A stretch of 32,000 bases of DNA from Candidatus Atelocyanobacterium thalassa isolate ALOHA. Its GTDB lineage: Bacteria > Cyanobacteriota > Cyanobacteriia > Cyanobacteriales > Microcystaceae. The stretch covers positions 390,001 through 422,000 of the forward strand of contig NC_013771.1 in NCBI RefSeq assembly GCF_000025125.1, in the 5' to 3' direction. Made by a program: the position numbers and the translations under genes. Positions 21,396 through 30,947 of the stretch are shown here, one piece after another; positions within the stretch are counted from its first letter, which is position 1; the number at the start of each line of letters is the position of its first letter. The notes beneath the pieces were generated by a model. The model ran no database searches, was not told the DNA's origin, and worked only from the letters and a program-made list of their open reading frames with translations.

Positions 21396-21423
21396 AACCA
21401 GTAGGGCACTTTACTGGTTTTTT
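21396..21423. terminator. Terminator-like hairpin (8-bp stem, 8-nt loop) with its T run on the plus strand
   Basis: aaccagta (21396-21403) pairs with tactggtt (21412-21419), loop gggcactt. The stem runs into tttttt (21418-21423) on the plus strand. On the minus strand it is followed only by ggttatttta. It could terminate the nagB-like gene (minus strand, about 160 nt upstream) or an unannotated plus-strand transcript. Confidence 0.45.
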
Positions 21424-21579
21424 ATAAATTTAACTAAGATTAAATTCATGAAAGACTTTATACAGAAGATATTTAGATAATCTACTTTTAAAAAAATAAG
21501 ATCTAAATTTTAGAATTTAATCTATTTTCATGTAGTCAACATATATAGTTATTAGCGTTAATTATTAAACAAACAATAT

Positions 21580-22323
21580 CTATAGGAGTGAAGCTGAGCA
21601 CTTATCCAATAATAAAGTTGTATCAGAATGCTGTCTTAAAATGGATGAAGGACATTTTGAAGAAATATTGTTTTGTAACATAATTTTAACTATTTTTGCT
21701 TTATTTTCTCCAGTTGCTAAGCAAAGAATTCTTTTGACTGACAAAATCATTGGAATAGTTACAGTTAAAGCATATTTAGGTACATTTTCTATAGATTGAA
21801 AGTAATTTTGATCTACTTGAGAACAACGAGTATTTAGATCTAGCTCAACAATTTTTACTAAATCAAAATCATTAAAATTTTCTGCCTGCGGTTCATTGAA
21901 AGCCAAATGTCCGTTAACTCCTACTCCTAAAAAACAAATATCAACTTGTCTTCTTCTGAGTAATTTAGAATAGCGAATACATTCTTGCAAGGGCTCTAAG
22001 GTATCTCCAAGTAAGTAGTTAAAAGATTTTGCCTTAATTTTGTTTTCTACTTTTGCACGAAGATAAGTATGGAAACTAGCAGGATGATCTTTATCGATAT
22101 TTAAGTATTCATCTAGATGTAAAAAATTAACACGTGACCAATCAATTTTTCTTGAATCTGTTAAAGCTTCTAGAAATTTAATTTGAGAATTACCTGTGGC
22201 TAATAAAACTGTGGCTTCATCTTGTTTATTTAAAGTCTCCATAAGATAGTTTTGCGTAATTCTAGCTGCTTCAGCTGATACGGCATATTTATCTTCATGT
22301 ATCTGAACAGTTAAAGAACTCAT
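21580..22323 (-). CDS. nagB: Glucosamine-6-phosphate deaminase/isomerase family protein (NagB-like)
   Basis: 247 aa. It has LATGNSQ, LDEYLNI..DHPASFHTYL, GVGVNGHLAFNEP and VPKYALTV, the last identical to the E. coli NagB segment. It lacks the MGxDGHTASLFP motif of 6-phosphogluconolactonases. Confidence 0.78.
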   Translation of the reverse strand: MSSLTVQIHEDKYAVSAEAARITQNYLMETLNKQDEATVLLATGNSQIKFLEALTDSRKIDWSRVNFLHLDEYLNIDKDHPASFHTYLRAKVENKIKAKSFNYLLGDTLEPLQECIRYSKLLRRRQVDICFLGVGVNGHLAFNEPQAENFNDFDLVKIVELDLNTRCSQVDQNYFQSIENVPKYALTVTIPMILSVKRILCLATGENKAKIVKIMLQNNISSKCPSSILRQHSDTTLLLDKCSASLL

Positions 22324-22455
22324 TATTTAGTATTTGATTGTTTTTTATACAGTATCTAGTTTTGTTAAAAAATAGAATTTTCTATATATTTTTATTTAGT
22401 TTCATAAAATTAAAAATAAATTAGAAACATTTTAATTAAAATATATAAAATATTA

Positions 22456-23709
22456 TTAATTTTCACGATAGTATAAATCTTCTCTCTTTCCTACAGCAAA
22501 AGCTAAAGACGTTTTTATCGTGGGATTAGATTGGACAATAAATAAGATAAATGCAATTAAGGCTAAATTACTACTAAAAGTAAAAATAGTTTGATAAGTA
22601 AGTTCACTTCCTAGAATACCTACTATAGGTCCTGCAAGAGCTATACCAAGATCATAACCACCTAGACATACAGAGTAAACTTGACCTCTTTCTTGAGGAG
22701 ATGAACGATCAGAAACTAAGGTGATGATCATAGGCATAAGAATTCCTGCTCCTATTCCTTCAAAGATAGCTGCTAAATATAATTGTTGACTTCCAGTCGC
22801 TTGAGTCAATAAAATCATTGAGCTAAAATAGCAAAGAATACTAGTTGTAATAAATAAACCACGCCCAAATTTATCAGCTACTCTACCTAAGAAAATTCGC
22901 GATAAAAAGCTTGTAATAGAAGCTAATGTATAAAATAAACCTGCACTAAATTCTAATCCTTTTTCTTCTAAAAAGAGAGGTAAAAAAGTTATTATCGTAC
23001 CAAATAGCAGACCAATTAATAACAAAACTAATGTTGGAATAACTAAAGAATGACTAGATAGTATTTTATGAAAGCTATGAGACGAATCGTTATTATTAAT
23101 ACCAGAAGAACTATAAGAGTTAGAGTTGGATTCTTTTTGCATTGCGACAACTAAAAATAACCCTAAAAAGCCACAAATTGATGACACAATAAATAAAGTA
23201 GTATATCCAAAATTTTCTTTTAATAAATCTCCAAATACAGGACCAATGCTCATACCAATAGGTGTTACTAAGCTCATATAGCCAATTACTCGTCCTCTAT
23301 GTTTTATGGGCGAAAAATCTATAACCAAAGCACTATAGGCTGTAGTAAAAGCAGAAATACTAATACCGTGAATTGCACGAACAATAGACAAAGGAAGGAT
23401 AGTTTGAACAAAAAGATAATTTAATGGAGATAAAGCTGCAATAATAACTCCAATATAAAGAACTAATTTTCTGCTTTTAGTATCAGCTAAATAACCTAAC
23501 AGTGTTCTAGAAAATAATGATCCCACAGCAAAACTACCCATAATCAAACCAATTTCAGGTTTTGTACCACCAAGATACTCAACATATGTTGGTAAGGTAG
23601 GTAATAAAACTGTAATACTAATCCAAAAAAATAAGCTTACTCCCAGTAGAAGTCCTAAATTTTGTTTTTGTCGAGAGTCGAGATCGATATAGTCCATTAA
23701 GATGTCCAC
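22456..23709 (-). CDS. Major facilitator superfamily transporter (substrate unknown)
   Basis: 417 aa with about 12 predicted TM helices. MFS loop 2-3 motif GYLADTKSRKL and the repeat-half equivalent GRVADKFGRG. The ORF-track start at 23709 is GTG, and ATG at 23697 (MDYIDLD...) is an equally good start. Confidence 0.8.
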   Translation of the reverse strand: MDILMDYIDLDSRQKQNLGLLLGVSLFFWISITVLLPTLPTYVEYLGGTKPEIGLIMGSFAVGSLFSRTLLGYLADTKSRKLVLYIGVIIAALSPLNYLFVQTILPLSIVRAIHGISISAFTTAYSALVIDFSPIKHRGRVIGYMSLVTPIGMSIGPVFGDLLKENFGYTTLFIVSSICGFLGLFLVVAMQKESNSNSYSSSGINNNDSSHSFHKILSSHSLVIPTLVLLLIGLLFGTIITFLPLFLEEKGLEFSAGLFYTLASITSFLSRIFLGRVADKFGRGLFITTSILCYFSSMILLTQATGSQQLYLAAIFEGIGAGILMPMIITLVSDRSSPQERGQVYSVCLGGYDLGIALAGPIVGILGSELTYQTIFTFSSNLALIAFILFIVQSNPTIKTSLAFAVGKREDLYYREN

Positions 23710-24386
23710 ATAGAGTGCTTAATTCATAATAATATTGTTTTTAACGAAAAAGCTATTTAGTTAAATTAAAGAAAATCATTAGACATAACAACTACAATCT
23801 AAAATTTTTTAATGACAGATTTAGTTATAAAATCCAGAGATTATTTTTTACTTGCAGATTTTATATTCATTTTTTACTTTATTGAATGAATTTTTCTTTA
23901 TTTTCATATAATATTAAATGAGCTAATGTATATTAACTATAAGTAATATGCTAGTCAATGATCATCAAAATATTTACTTTTAAAAATAAAATTTTTAGAA
24001 CATAACACTAAAATTTTACTTATACTATTTCGTTAAATATATAATTTTTATTTTGAAAAACTAAAATATCACATACACAAAATAAAACTACGAAACATAA
24101 AAAATTTATTTTTAATTAGATATTAAGCTCAAACAAACGCTACCTTATCTATGCTACTCGACTATAAAAATGGTTTTAACAAAATATTAGGTTTTAGAAA
24201 CCTAATATGAAATATGAAGGGAGAATTTCTTTGGTATCCATAATATTTCTGAAAAAACTCATCAAAAATATTATTTATTCAAAGTCTAAAAAAGCAAATA
24301 TACCAATTACTAAAGTTTAAAAACTTAAGTTTAATAAGGAAACTGCACGCGTTATTTTTTATTTTAAATATTAAAGCTAAGATATT

Positions 24387-25013
24387 ATGACTAAATTATC
24401 GATTGAATTGGAACAATACTTTTCGCAAAAAAAGCTGTCAGATGATATAAGATTAGTTGATCTTCTAGAACTAGCTGGAAAAAGAGTTTTTGGTTTTTTA
24501 TTTGTTATCTTATCCCTTCCCTCAGCTTTACCAGTCCCAGCACCTGGTTATTCGATTCCTTTTGGAATATTAATACTTATTCTAGCCTGCCAATTTGTTT
24601 TAGGAACTAGAATTCCTTGGTTTCCAAAAAAGCTTTTAAATAGTTCTATAAAGCTAGGAACTGCACAAGCTTTTGTTCAAAAAAGCAAACCATGGTTACA
24701 ACGTATTGAATTATTAGCTCGTCCTCGTATGACCTACATCTGTACTAACAAAATTACACGTATTTTTATTGGTTTAATAATTATTTTTATGTCGATTTCT
24801 ATGATGATACCTATTCCTGGGACGAATACATTACCTGCAATAGGTATTTTCGTAACAGGCTTTGGATTGCAAGAAAATGATGGATGTATTACTTTTCTCG
24901 GACTAATTGTTTGCTCAATAGCTAGCGTTTTATCTGCGTCTATTCTTATGGTTGCTATTTGGAGCGGAAGTACGCTTATCGAGGTTCTTAAGGGTTATTT
25001 AACAATTTTATAA
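24387..25013 (+). CDS. exoD: ExoD-family exopolysaccharide synthesis membrane protein
   Basis: 208 aa. It matches the ExoD (PF06055) pattern: LVDLLELAGKRVFGFLFVILSLPSALPVP.PGYS..FG..ILILACQFVLG....WFPKKLL...I, then WLQRIELLARPR and C-terminal TM helices. Confidence 0.75.
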   Translation: MTKLSIELEQYFSQKKLSDDIRLVDLLELAGKRVFGFLFVILSLPSALPVPAPGYSIPFGILILILACQFVLGTRIPWFPKKLLNSSIKLGTAQAFVQKSKPWLQRIELLARPRMTYICTNKITRIFIGLIIIFMSISMMIPIPGTNTLPAIGIFVTGFGLQENDGCITFLGLIVCSIASVLSASILMVAIWSGSTLIEVLKGYLTIL

Positions 25014-25021
25014 TTATTATA

Positions 25022-25047
25022 ATTTCTCTAATTTTAATTAGAGAAAT
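25022..25047 (+). terminator. Candidate exoD terminator (palindrome atttctctaatt / aattagagaaat)
   Basis: The 12-nt arms at 25022-25033 and 25036-25047 are perfect reverse complements and lie 9 nt after the exoD stop. The realistic fold is about a 10-bp stem. The downstream T tract is weak (acaatattgttt). Confidence 0.4.
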
Positions 25048-25195
25048 ACAATATTGTTTAAAGACTGTGTCAAAAGCATATTCTAGATTTAATTAAGCTG
25101 ATACGATAAATTATTTATCTTACTTATTTTTAAATTAAAGTCGTTAAGATAATAATGATAGTTTATGATTGTTTCTAATTAGACAATAAAAAGAA

Positions 25196-26251
25196 ATGAT
25201 GAAAATATCAATAGGCTTATTGTTTGGCGGAGCCTCAGAAGAACATATAGTTTCTATTAATTCAGCTAGAGCTATTTTACAAGCATTACAAATAGGTAAT
25301 AATCTATGTAAGTATAATGTAATACCTATTTATATTCAAAGAAATGGTGTTTGGATATCTGGAAAAATAGCTGAACAAGTTTTACAAACCAAACAAGCTT
25401 TACCATTAGTATTACTAAAAAAAGAAGAAAAATTTCAGCTATGGCAATTTCCAACTGAAGTAAATCAAATAGATGTTTGGTTTCCAGTTTTACATGGTCC
25501 AAATGGAGAAGATGGAACTATTCAGGGCCTATTAAAGATGATGCAAACTCCCTTTGTTGGAACTAGTGTATTAGGATCAGCAATAGGTATGGATAAGATT
25601 GTAATGAAAACAATATTTTCACAAGCAGGATTTCCTCAGGTTAAATATTTAACTCTTGAATATTCTAAATTGTTTTCTAATGCTCAATACTATTCTCAAT
25701 TATGTAATGATATTAGAACAAATCTTGGATATCCATGTTTTATTAAACCAGCCAATCTGGGTTCTTCAGTTGGAGTTTCAAAAGTCTCTTCTCATGATGA
25801 ATTAGAGATTGCTCTAAAAAATGCTGCTAGTTATGACAATCGAATCATTATTGAAGAAGGAATTATCGCTAGAGAATTAGAATGTGGAGTTTTGGGAAAT
25901 GATATTCCTAAAGCATCTGTCGTAGGAGAAATTACTTTTGAAAGTGATTTCTATGATTATAAAGCTAAATATAAAGATACTAGTTCTAAGATACATATTC
26001 CTGCTCAATTACCAAATCATATAATAGAAAAAATTCAACAGATGGCCATTAACGCATTTACTACAATTAATGGTAGAGGATTATCTAGAGTAGATTTCTT
26101 TTATATTGAAGGAACCCAAAAAATTTTTATCAATGAGATTAACAGTTTCCCTGGCTTTACAGAGTCTAGTATGTATCCAGAATTATGGATAAAGACAGGA
26201 TTAGAGTTTCACGAGCTAGTAGATAAATTAATTGAATTAGCTTTAAAATAA
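25196..26251 (+). CDS. ddl: D-alanine--D-alanine ligase
   Basis: 351 aa. LLFGGASEEHIVSINSA, HGPNGEDGTIQGLL, ATP-grasp motifs KPANLGSSVGVSKV and FFYIEGTQKIFINEINSFPGFT. Confidence 0.93.
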   Translation: MMKISIGLLFGGASEEHIVSINSARAILQALQIGNNLCKYNVIPIYIQRNGVWISGKIAEQVLQTKQALPLVLLKKEEKFQLWQFPTEVNQIDVWFPVLHGPNGEDGTIQGLLKMMQTPFVGTSVLGSAIGMDKIVMKTIFSQAGFPQVKYLTLEYSKLFSNAQYYSQLCNDIRTNLGYPCFIKPANLGSSVGVSKVSSHDELEIALKNAASYDNRIIIEEGIIARELECGVLGNDIPKASVVGEITFESDFYDYKAKYKDTSSKIHIPAQLPNHIIEKIQQMAINAFTTINGRGLSRVDFFYIEGTQKIFINEINSFPGFTESSMYPELWIKTGLEFHELVDKLIELALK

Positions 26252-26399
26252 ATTTAGAAGTTATCTTTTAAAAAAACTATTGAAGACGAATATTTGCATA
26301 AAGGAATAAAGATATTCAATAATCTTTTTTTATTACAAAAGCTAATTTTATTGTTAATCAAAATAATTACAATTTGTCTTTATAAAGAATAAAACCATA

Positions 26400-27752
26400 T
26401 TATTTTTTATATTCCAATAAAGAAATAGAATATGAATTAAACTCAACTTTGTTTAAAGCATTAATGACTAATTTTTCATCATTAGGCCAATAACTTTCGT
26501 CTAATCTAATTAATTTTTTATTGCCTTTATCCTGAAGAAATATAAAAAGTGGTATTTTAGTTTGATTATTTTTTCCTGCATGTCCAGATAGAATAGACTT
26601 CAAATTATGACAAGATATTTTATTGGTAGCTTGTTCCAAACTCAAATCAATAATAACTATTCTCATAGAATCTATATCTTGAGCATGTTCTATTATTACT
26701 TGTACTTTATCGTCTCGAAAATCAACTTTTCCCCAAATAATTAATACGGAGTCTTTTGTTAGAACATTTTTAATTTTCTTATAACTTTTTGGGAAACAAA
26801 CTCCTTCGATATGTCTTGATGTATCTTCTAAAACTAAAAAGGCCATCTGATCTCCTTTTTTAGTTGTATATTCTTTAATTTCAGCAATTGTAGATAAAAT
26901 AGTAATATTTCTCTTAGCTTTCTGAACTATTATTTCATCAAAAGAAACTGGAGAGAGAATTGAAACTGGTTCTTCAATTATTCTTAGAGGATGTTCTGAA
27001 ATATAAAAACCAAGATATTCCTTCTCAAATTTTAATTTATCTTGTAGAGAGAAATCTTCAACTGATGGAGAGCTAGGAACATCTTCATATTCTAAGTCTA
27101 AGTTAGAGTTATCAGCATTATTAGTAATTAAATCAAAAAGATTTAATTGACCACTTTCTTTATCTTTTGCTTTTTTTTGTGCCCAAGAAATTACTAAATC
27201 AAGATCATTAATTAATTGTTTACGATTATTAGAAACACTATCAAAAGCTCCAGAATAAATTAAAGTTTCTAAGGCTCTTTTGTTAACAGTTCTTGAATCA
27301 GTATTAGAGCAAAAATCTGCCAAAGAATTAAATTTTGTATTTAATTGTATTCTAGCTTTTAAGATACTATCTATAGCTCCTTCTCCTAAGTTTCTAACTG
27401 CTGATAATCCAAAAAGAATTTGATTTTCTAAAGGAGTAAAATCTTTAAGAGAAAGACTAATATCTGGAGGTAAAACTTGAATACCCATTTTTTGACAATT
27501 TTCTCGATATTTTTCTATCTTATCTTGATTATCACTATTAGCAGTTAATAAAGCAGCCATATATTCAACAGGATAATTGGCTTTTAAATATGCTGTCTGA
27601 TAGGTTATGTAAGCATAAGCTGTGGAGTGAGATTTATTAAAGCAATTAGAAGCTATAAAACCATTATCTAATAGAAAATTATGATCTTTTTCTAGACCAA
27701 TATCAAATACTTCATGAATTCCTAAAGATTTACGGGATGTAATTTTAGTCAT
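26400..27752 (-). CDS. dnaE: DNA polymerase III alpha subunit, C-terminal half-gene carrying the split DnaE intein C-fragment
   Basis: 450 aa. Residues 1-36 are MTKITSRKSLGIHEVFDIGLEKDHNFLLDNGFIASN, then CFNKSHSTAYAYITYQTAYLKANYPVEYMAALL and the remaining Pol III alpha C-terminal domains. The size and junction match the known cyanobacterial DnaE-C (Int-C plus C-extein). No N-terminal half lies adjacent. Confidence 0.92.
   Translation of the reverse strand: MTKITSRKSLGIHEVFDIGLEKDHNFLLDNGFIASNCFNKSHSTAYAYITYQTAYLKANYPVEYMAALLTANSDNQDKIEKYRENCQKMGIQVLPPDISLSLKDFTPLENQILFGLSAVRNLGEGAIDSILKARIQLNTKFNSLADFCSNTDSRTVNKRALETLIYSGAFDSVSNNRKQLINDLDLVISWAQKKAKDKESGQLNLFDLITNNADNSNLDLEYEDVPSSPSVEDFSLQDKLKFEKEYLGFYISEHPLRIIEEPVSILSPVSFDEIIVQKAKRNITILSTIAEIKEYTTKKGDQMAFLVLEDTSRHIEGVCFPKSYKKIKNVLTKDSVLIIWGKVDFRDDKVQVIIEHAQDIDSMRIVIIDLSLEQATNKISCHNLKSILSGHAGKNNQTKIPLFIFLQDKGNKKLIRLDESYWPNDEKLVINALNKVEFNSYSISLLEYKK
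27645..27752 (-). other. Split DnaE intein, C-terminal fragment (Int-C, 36 codons), ending in Asn followed by the +1 Cys of the C-extein
   Basis: Compare Ssp DnaE Int-C as I recall it ([36 protein letters not shown]|CFN). The DHNF block, the terminal ASN and the CFN extein are all conserved here. The Asn codon is at 27645-27647 and the Cys codon at 27642-27644, both on the minus strand. Confidence 0.9.
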
Positions 27753-28048
27753 ATTTATCTGTTATAAAACTTTTATTTTTTAAACTTAAAATTAAACCTT
27801 ATGTGATTAATATATAAAAAGTAATTAACTAAAAATTGAAATTTTAACACAATTAGAATGGAACCATTTACAAATAATAATACAGTATATGATATTTTCT
27901 GAGATGAGTTAACTGATCCATTTATTAATTTTAAAGAGTCCTGAAACTAATAAATTTTTAGAAAATCTTATGTCTAATGTATTTTTAATTAATATATAGA
28001 CTAACAATTTAGTACAGTAAGTAATTTAGTATCTAATGATATACAAAC

Positions 28049-29176
28049 TTAATATAAATCGTACTTTAATAAAGTACAGTTCAAGGATCCATTATAAATT
28101 GAAGTACGACTAGATGCTCTTAGTCCAATTTGTTTTATTAATTCTTTATCACCACTTAGAATATAAGCCACCCATCCTTTAAAACGTTGCTTGAGTATAT
28201 CACCCAATAGTTTATATAATTTGCCTAATTCTTTAGTATCTCCTATACGCTTTCCGTAAGGTGGATTACATATAATCATTCCTCTATCTGCTGGTGCCTC
28301 AATATCTTTCAGAACTGTTTGGATAAAATAAATATGTTTTTCAATATTACACTGTTTCGCATTTATTTTTGCTTGTTCTATTACTGATAAGTCACAATCA
28401 TACCCGAAGATAGGTGCTTTAAGTTTCTTTCTTTGTTTTTCAACTGCTTCATTAATTATAGTTTTATAAAGTTTTTCATCAAAGTCTTGCCAGAATTGAA
28501 ATCCAAAAGATTTTCTGTTTAAACCTACAGCTATGTTTAAACTTTTTAAAGTTGCTTCAATAGGTATAGTTCCTGACCCACACATAGGATCTAATAAACA
28601 GATATCAGGTGTCCACTCTGCTATGTCTAATAGTGCTGAAGCCAAGCTCTCTTTGATAGGTGCGAAGCCCATGGCTGTGCGATATCCTCTTCTGTGTAAA
28701 CTATTTCCAGAACTGTCTAAACTTAAAATACATGAATTTTTATCAATATGAGCATTTATTAAAATATTAGGATTTTTAGTATCAATAATAGATCTCTTAT
28801 TGAAGCGAAGTCTTTGCTGATCAACAATAGAGTTTTTAATTTGTAGAGCGGTAAAGTGAGTATGATTTAATTTTAAGTTTTTTCCTGTACAGTTTACTGC
28901 GAATGTTTGTTCTGTTCTTAAATATTGAGACCAGTCTATTTTATTAACATTGTTATACAGTTCCAACTCATCATTACACTTAATTGTAAGAATAGGCATT
29001 AGAAAACGAAAGACAGTTCTTGACCATATATTAACCCTGTACAATAGAGATTTATCACCTTGAAAATGAACTCCAGCAAATGTGATTTCAATATTCTTAG
29101 CGTTTAATTTTCTTAATTCTTCAGCAGCTACTTTCTCTAATCCTCTGGCAACAGTAGCAAAGTATTGATTAGGCAT
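28049..29176 (-). CDS. THUMP-domain class I SAM-dependent RNA methyltransferase (RlmL/YpsC, COG0116-like)
   Basis: 375 aa. An N-terminal THUMP-like region, the SAM-binding motif LLDPMCGSGTIPIEA, and the catalytic motif ICNPPYGKRIG. Confidence 0.8.
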   Translation of the reverse strand: MPNQYFATVARGLEKVAAEELRKLNAKNIEITFAGVHFQGDKSLLYRVNIWSRTVFRFLMPILTIKCNDELELYNNVNKIDWSQYLRTEQTFAVNCTGKNLKLNHTHFTALQIKNSIVDQQRLRFNKRSIIDTKNPNILINAHIDKNSCILSLDSSGNSLHRRGYRTAMGFAPIKESLASALLDIAEWTPDICLLDPMCGSGTIPIEATLKSLNIAVGLNRKSFGFQFWQDFDEKLYKTIINEAVEKQRKKLKAPIFGYDCDLSVIEQAKINAKQCNIEKHIYFIQTVLKDIEAPADRGMIICNPPYGKRIGDTKELGKLYKLLGDILKQRFKGWVAYILSGDKELIKQIGLRASSRTSIYNGSLNCTLLKYDLY

Positions 29177-29733
29177 TAATTCAATAATCCTGTAAAATGA
29201 ATTCTATCAATCATGACTATTCTCATAATATACGTACTACACATATACTACTAGAAATGGGTTTGCGACAAATATCTAAAATAAAATTATATTATTAGTA
29301 CTGTTTATTTATAGTAATTCTATATCTAATTACGGCATTAATCATAACGAAAAAATATAAATTAAATTATTTACAATCTAAACTGTTAACAATTTATATC
29401 AAAAAATTCAATAGTATAAAAAATAATAAAAGTAATGTTTATATCTTTATGAAGTAAGATATAAATCGTGGTATGAAACAAGACTTATCTTGCTAGTAAT
29501 TAATCACGAAATTTTATAAATTAAAGACCTACAATATTTTATTCTTAACTTATAAAATATAAGAAAAGTAAATTATTATTTATCGCTATTTTCTCTAGAT
29601 TGTATAGAATATCAAGTGTTATGAAAAAATGAAGAAAATTATTACTTTAAAACAGTTTTTACTGTAGAAGTGGCCTATAAGTCTAAAATTAGCATTTTTT
29701 TAACTTTATCTTACTTATATATAATAGCTATAT

Positions 29734-30876
29734 ATGAAATACGCCTTAGTTCATGAATGGTTAACTCCAAAAGCTACAGGAGGTTCTGAATTAGTAGTCA
29801 AAGAAATCCTTAAGCACATAACAGCTGATGTTTATTCTCTTATTGACTTTGAATCTACTAACCCTAAGAGTTATCTTTATAATCGCTCTATTGGAACCAC
29901 TTTTTTACAATACTTTCCTTTAGCCCATACTGGTGTCCAAAAGTATTTGCCTTTCCTCCCTTTAGCTATAGAACAACTAGATTTAAGAAAATACGATGTA
30001 ATACTATCTTCTTCTCACTCTGTAGCTAAGGGAATACTTGCAAGTCCACATCAACTACATGTTTGCTATTGTCATACACCAATGCGCTATGCTTGGGATT
30101 TAACTTTTGATTATCTCAGAAGTTCAATGATAGGTAGAGGAATTCCTGGAATATTTACGCGTTATTTATTACATCATCTAAGACAGTGGGATGTTATATC
30201 TGCTAACCGTGTTGATTTTTTTATAGCTAATTCTCATCATACGGCTGATCGTATATGGCGTTGTTATCGTCGTACAGCTAAAGTTATTTATCCTCCAGTG
30301 GATATAGATAGATTTACCTTTAATTCTAGTAAAGATGATTTTTATGTTACTGTTTCTAGGCTAGTTAGTTATAAAAAAATTAGCTTAATCGTACAAGCTT
30401 TTAATAAATTAGGATATCCTCTAATTATTATTGGTGATGGACCAGAAATTGCAAAACTTCGTTTAATAGCCAAACCAAACATACAAATTTTAGGAGCACA
30501 AAAGGATACAGTAGTAGAAAAGTATGTTGCAAAAGCAAAGGCTTTTATATATGCTGCCTGTGAAGACTTTGGAATTGCCTTAGTAGAAGCTCAAGCTTGT
30601 GGAACTCCAGTTATCGCCTATGGAAATGGTGGTGCTTTAGAAACTGTTATTGATGTACAACAAGATGCACAAAATGGAACTGGGATTTTATTTAAACATC
30701 AAACTGTTGAATCTCTTATTGATGCAGTTGAAACTTTTCAAGATTTCCAGTATCAAGTGGATCCTAAAAGTTGTCGTCGTCAGGCAGAAAAGTTTTCTCC
30801 TGAGATTTTTAAAACATCTTATTTAGCTTTTTTAGAAAAATGCTATAAAAATTTTACTGAAAATTCCTCGTCATAG
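29734..30876 (+). CDS. Family 4 glycosyltransferase (GT-B fold, glycosyl transferase group 1)
   Basis: 380 aa. The N-terminus HEWLTPKATGGSE and the C-terminal EX7E-type region EDFGIALVEAQACGTPVIAYGNGGALETV are typical of GT4 enzymes. Confidence 0.8.
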   Translation: MKYALVHEWLTPKATGGSELVVKEILKHITADVYSLIDFESTNPKSYLYNRSIGTTFLQYFPLAHTGVQKYLPFLPLAIEQLDLRKYDVILSSSHSVAKGILASPHQLHVCYCHTPMRYAWDLTFDYLRSSMIGRGIPGIFTRYLLHHLRQWDVISANRVDFFIANSHHTADRIWRCYRRTAKVIYPPVDIDRFTFNSSKDDFYVTVSRLVSYKKISLIVQAFNKLGYPLIIIGDGPEIAKLRLIAKPNIQILGAQKDTVVEKYVAKAKAFIYAACEDFGIALVEAQACGTPVIAYGNGGALETVIDVQQDAQNGTGILFKHQTVESLIDAVETFQDFQYQVDPKSCRRQAEKFSPEIFKTSYLAFLEKCYKNFTENSSS

Positions 30877-30947
30877 ACTTATACTAATGTACATATTTAC
30901 CTGATAAGATTCTAAAAAACTAGTATGGTGTAACTTAAAGGAGTGAA

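Noticed and set aside
28049-29176. NPPY-motif methyltransferase as a possible restriction-modification or defence component
   Set aside because: The N-terminal THUMP-like domain and overall architecture match housekeeping RlmL/YpsC-type RNA methyltransferases. There is no adjacent endonuclease, specificity subunit or helicase gene.
29438-29465. AT-only hairpins in spacers (for example tttatatctt/aagatataaa at 29438-29465 and aaagat/atcttt at 26308-26327)
   Set aside because: Stems made almost entirely of A/T pairs are expected by chance at this base composition and have low stability. There is no supporting context apart from the weak possibility that the 26308-26330 one helps terminate ddl.
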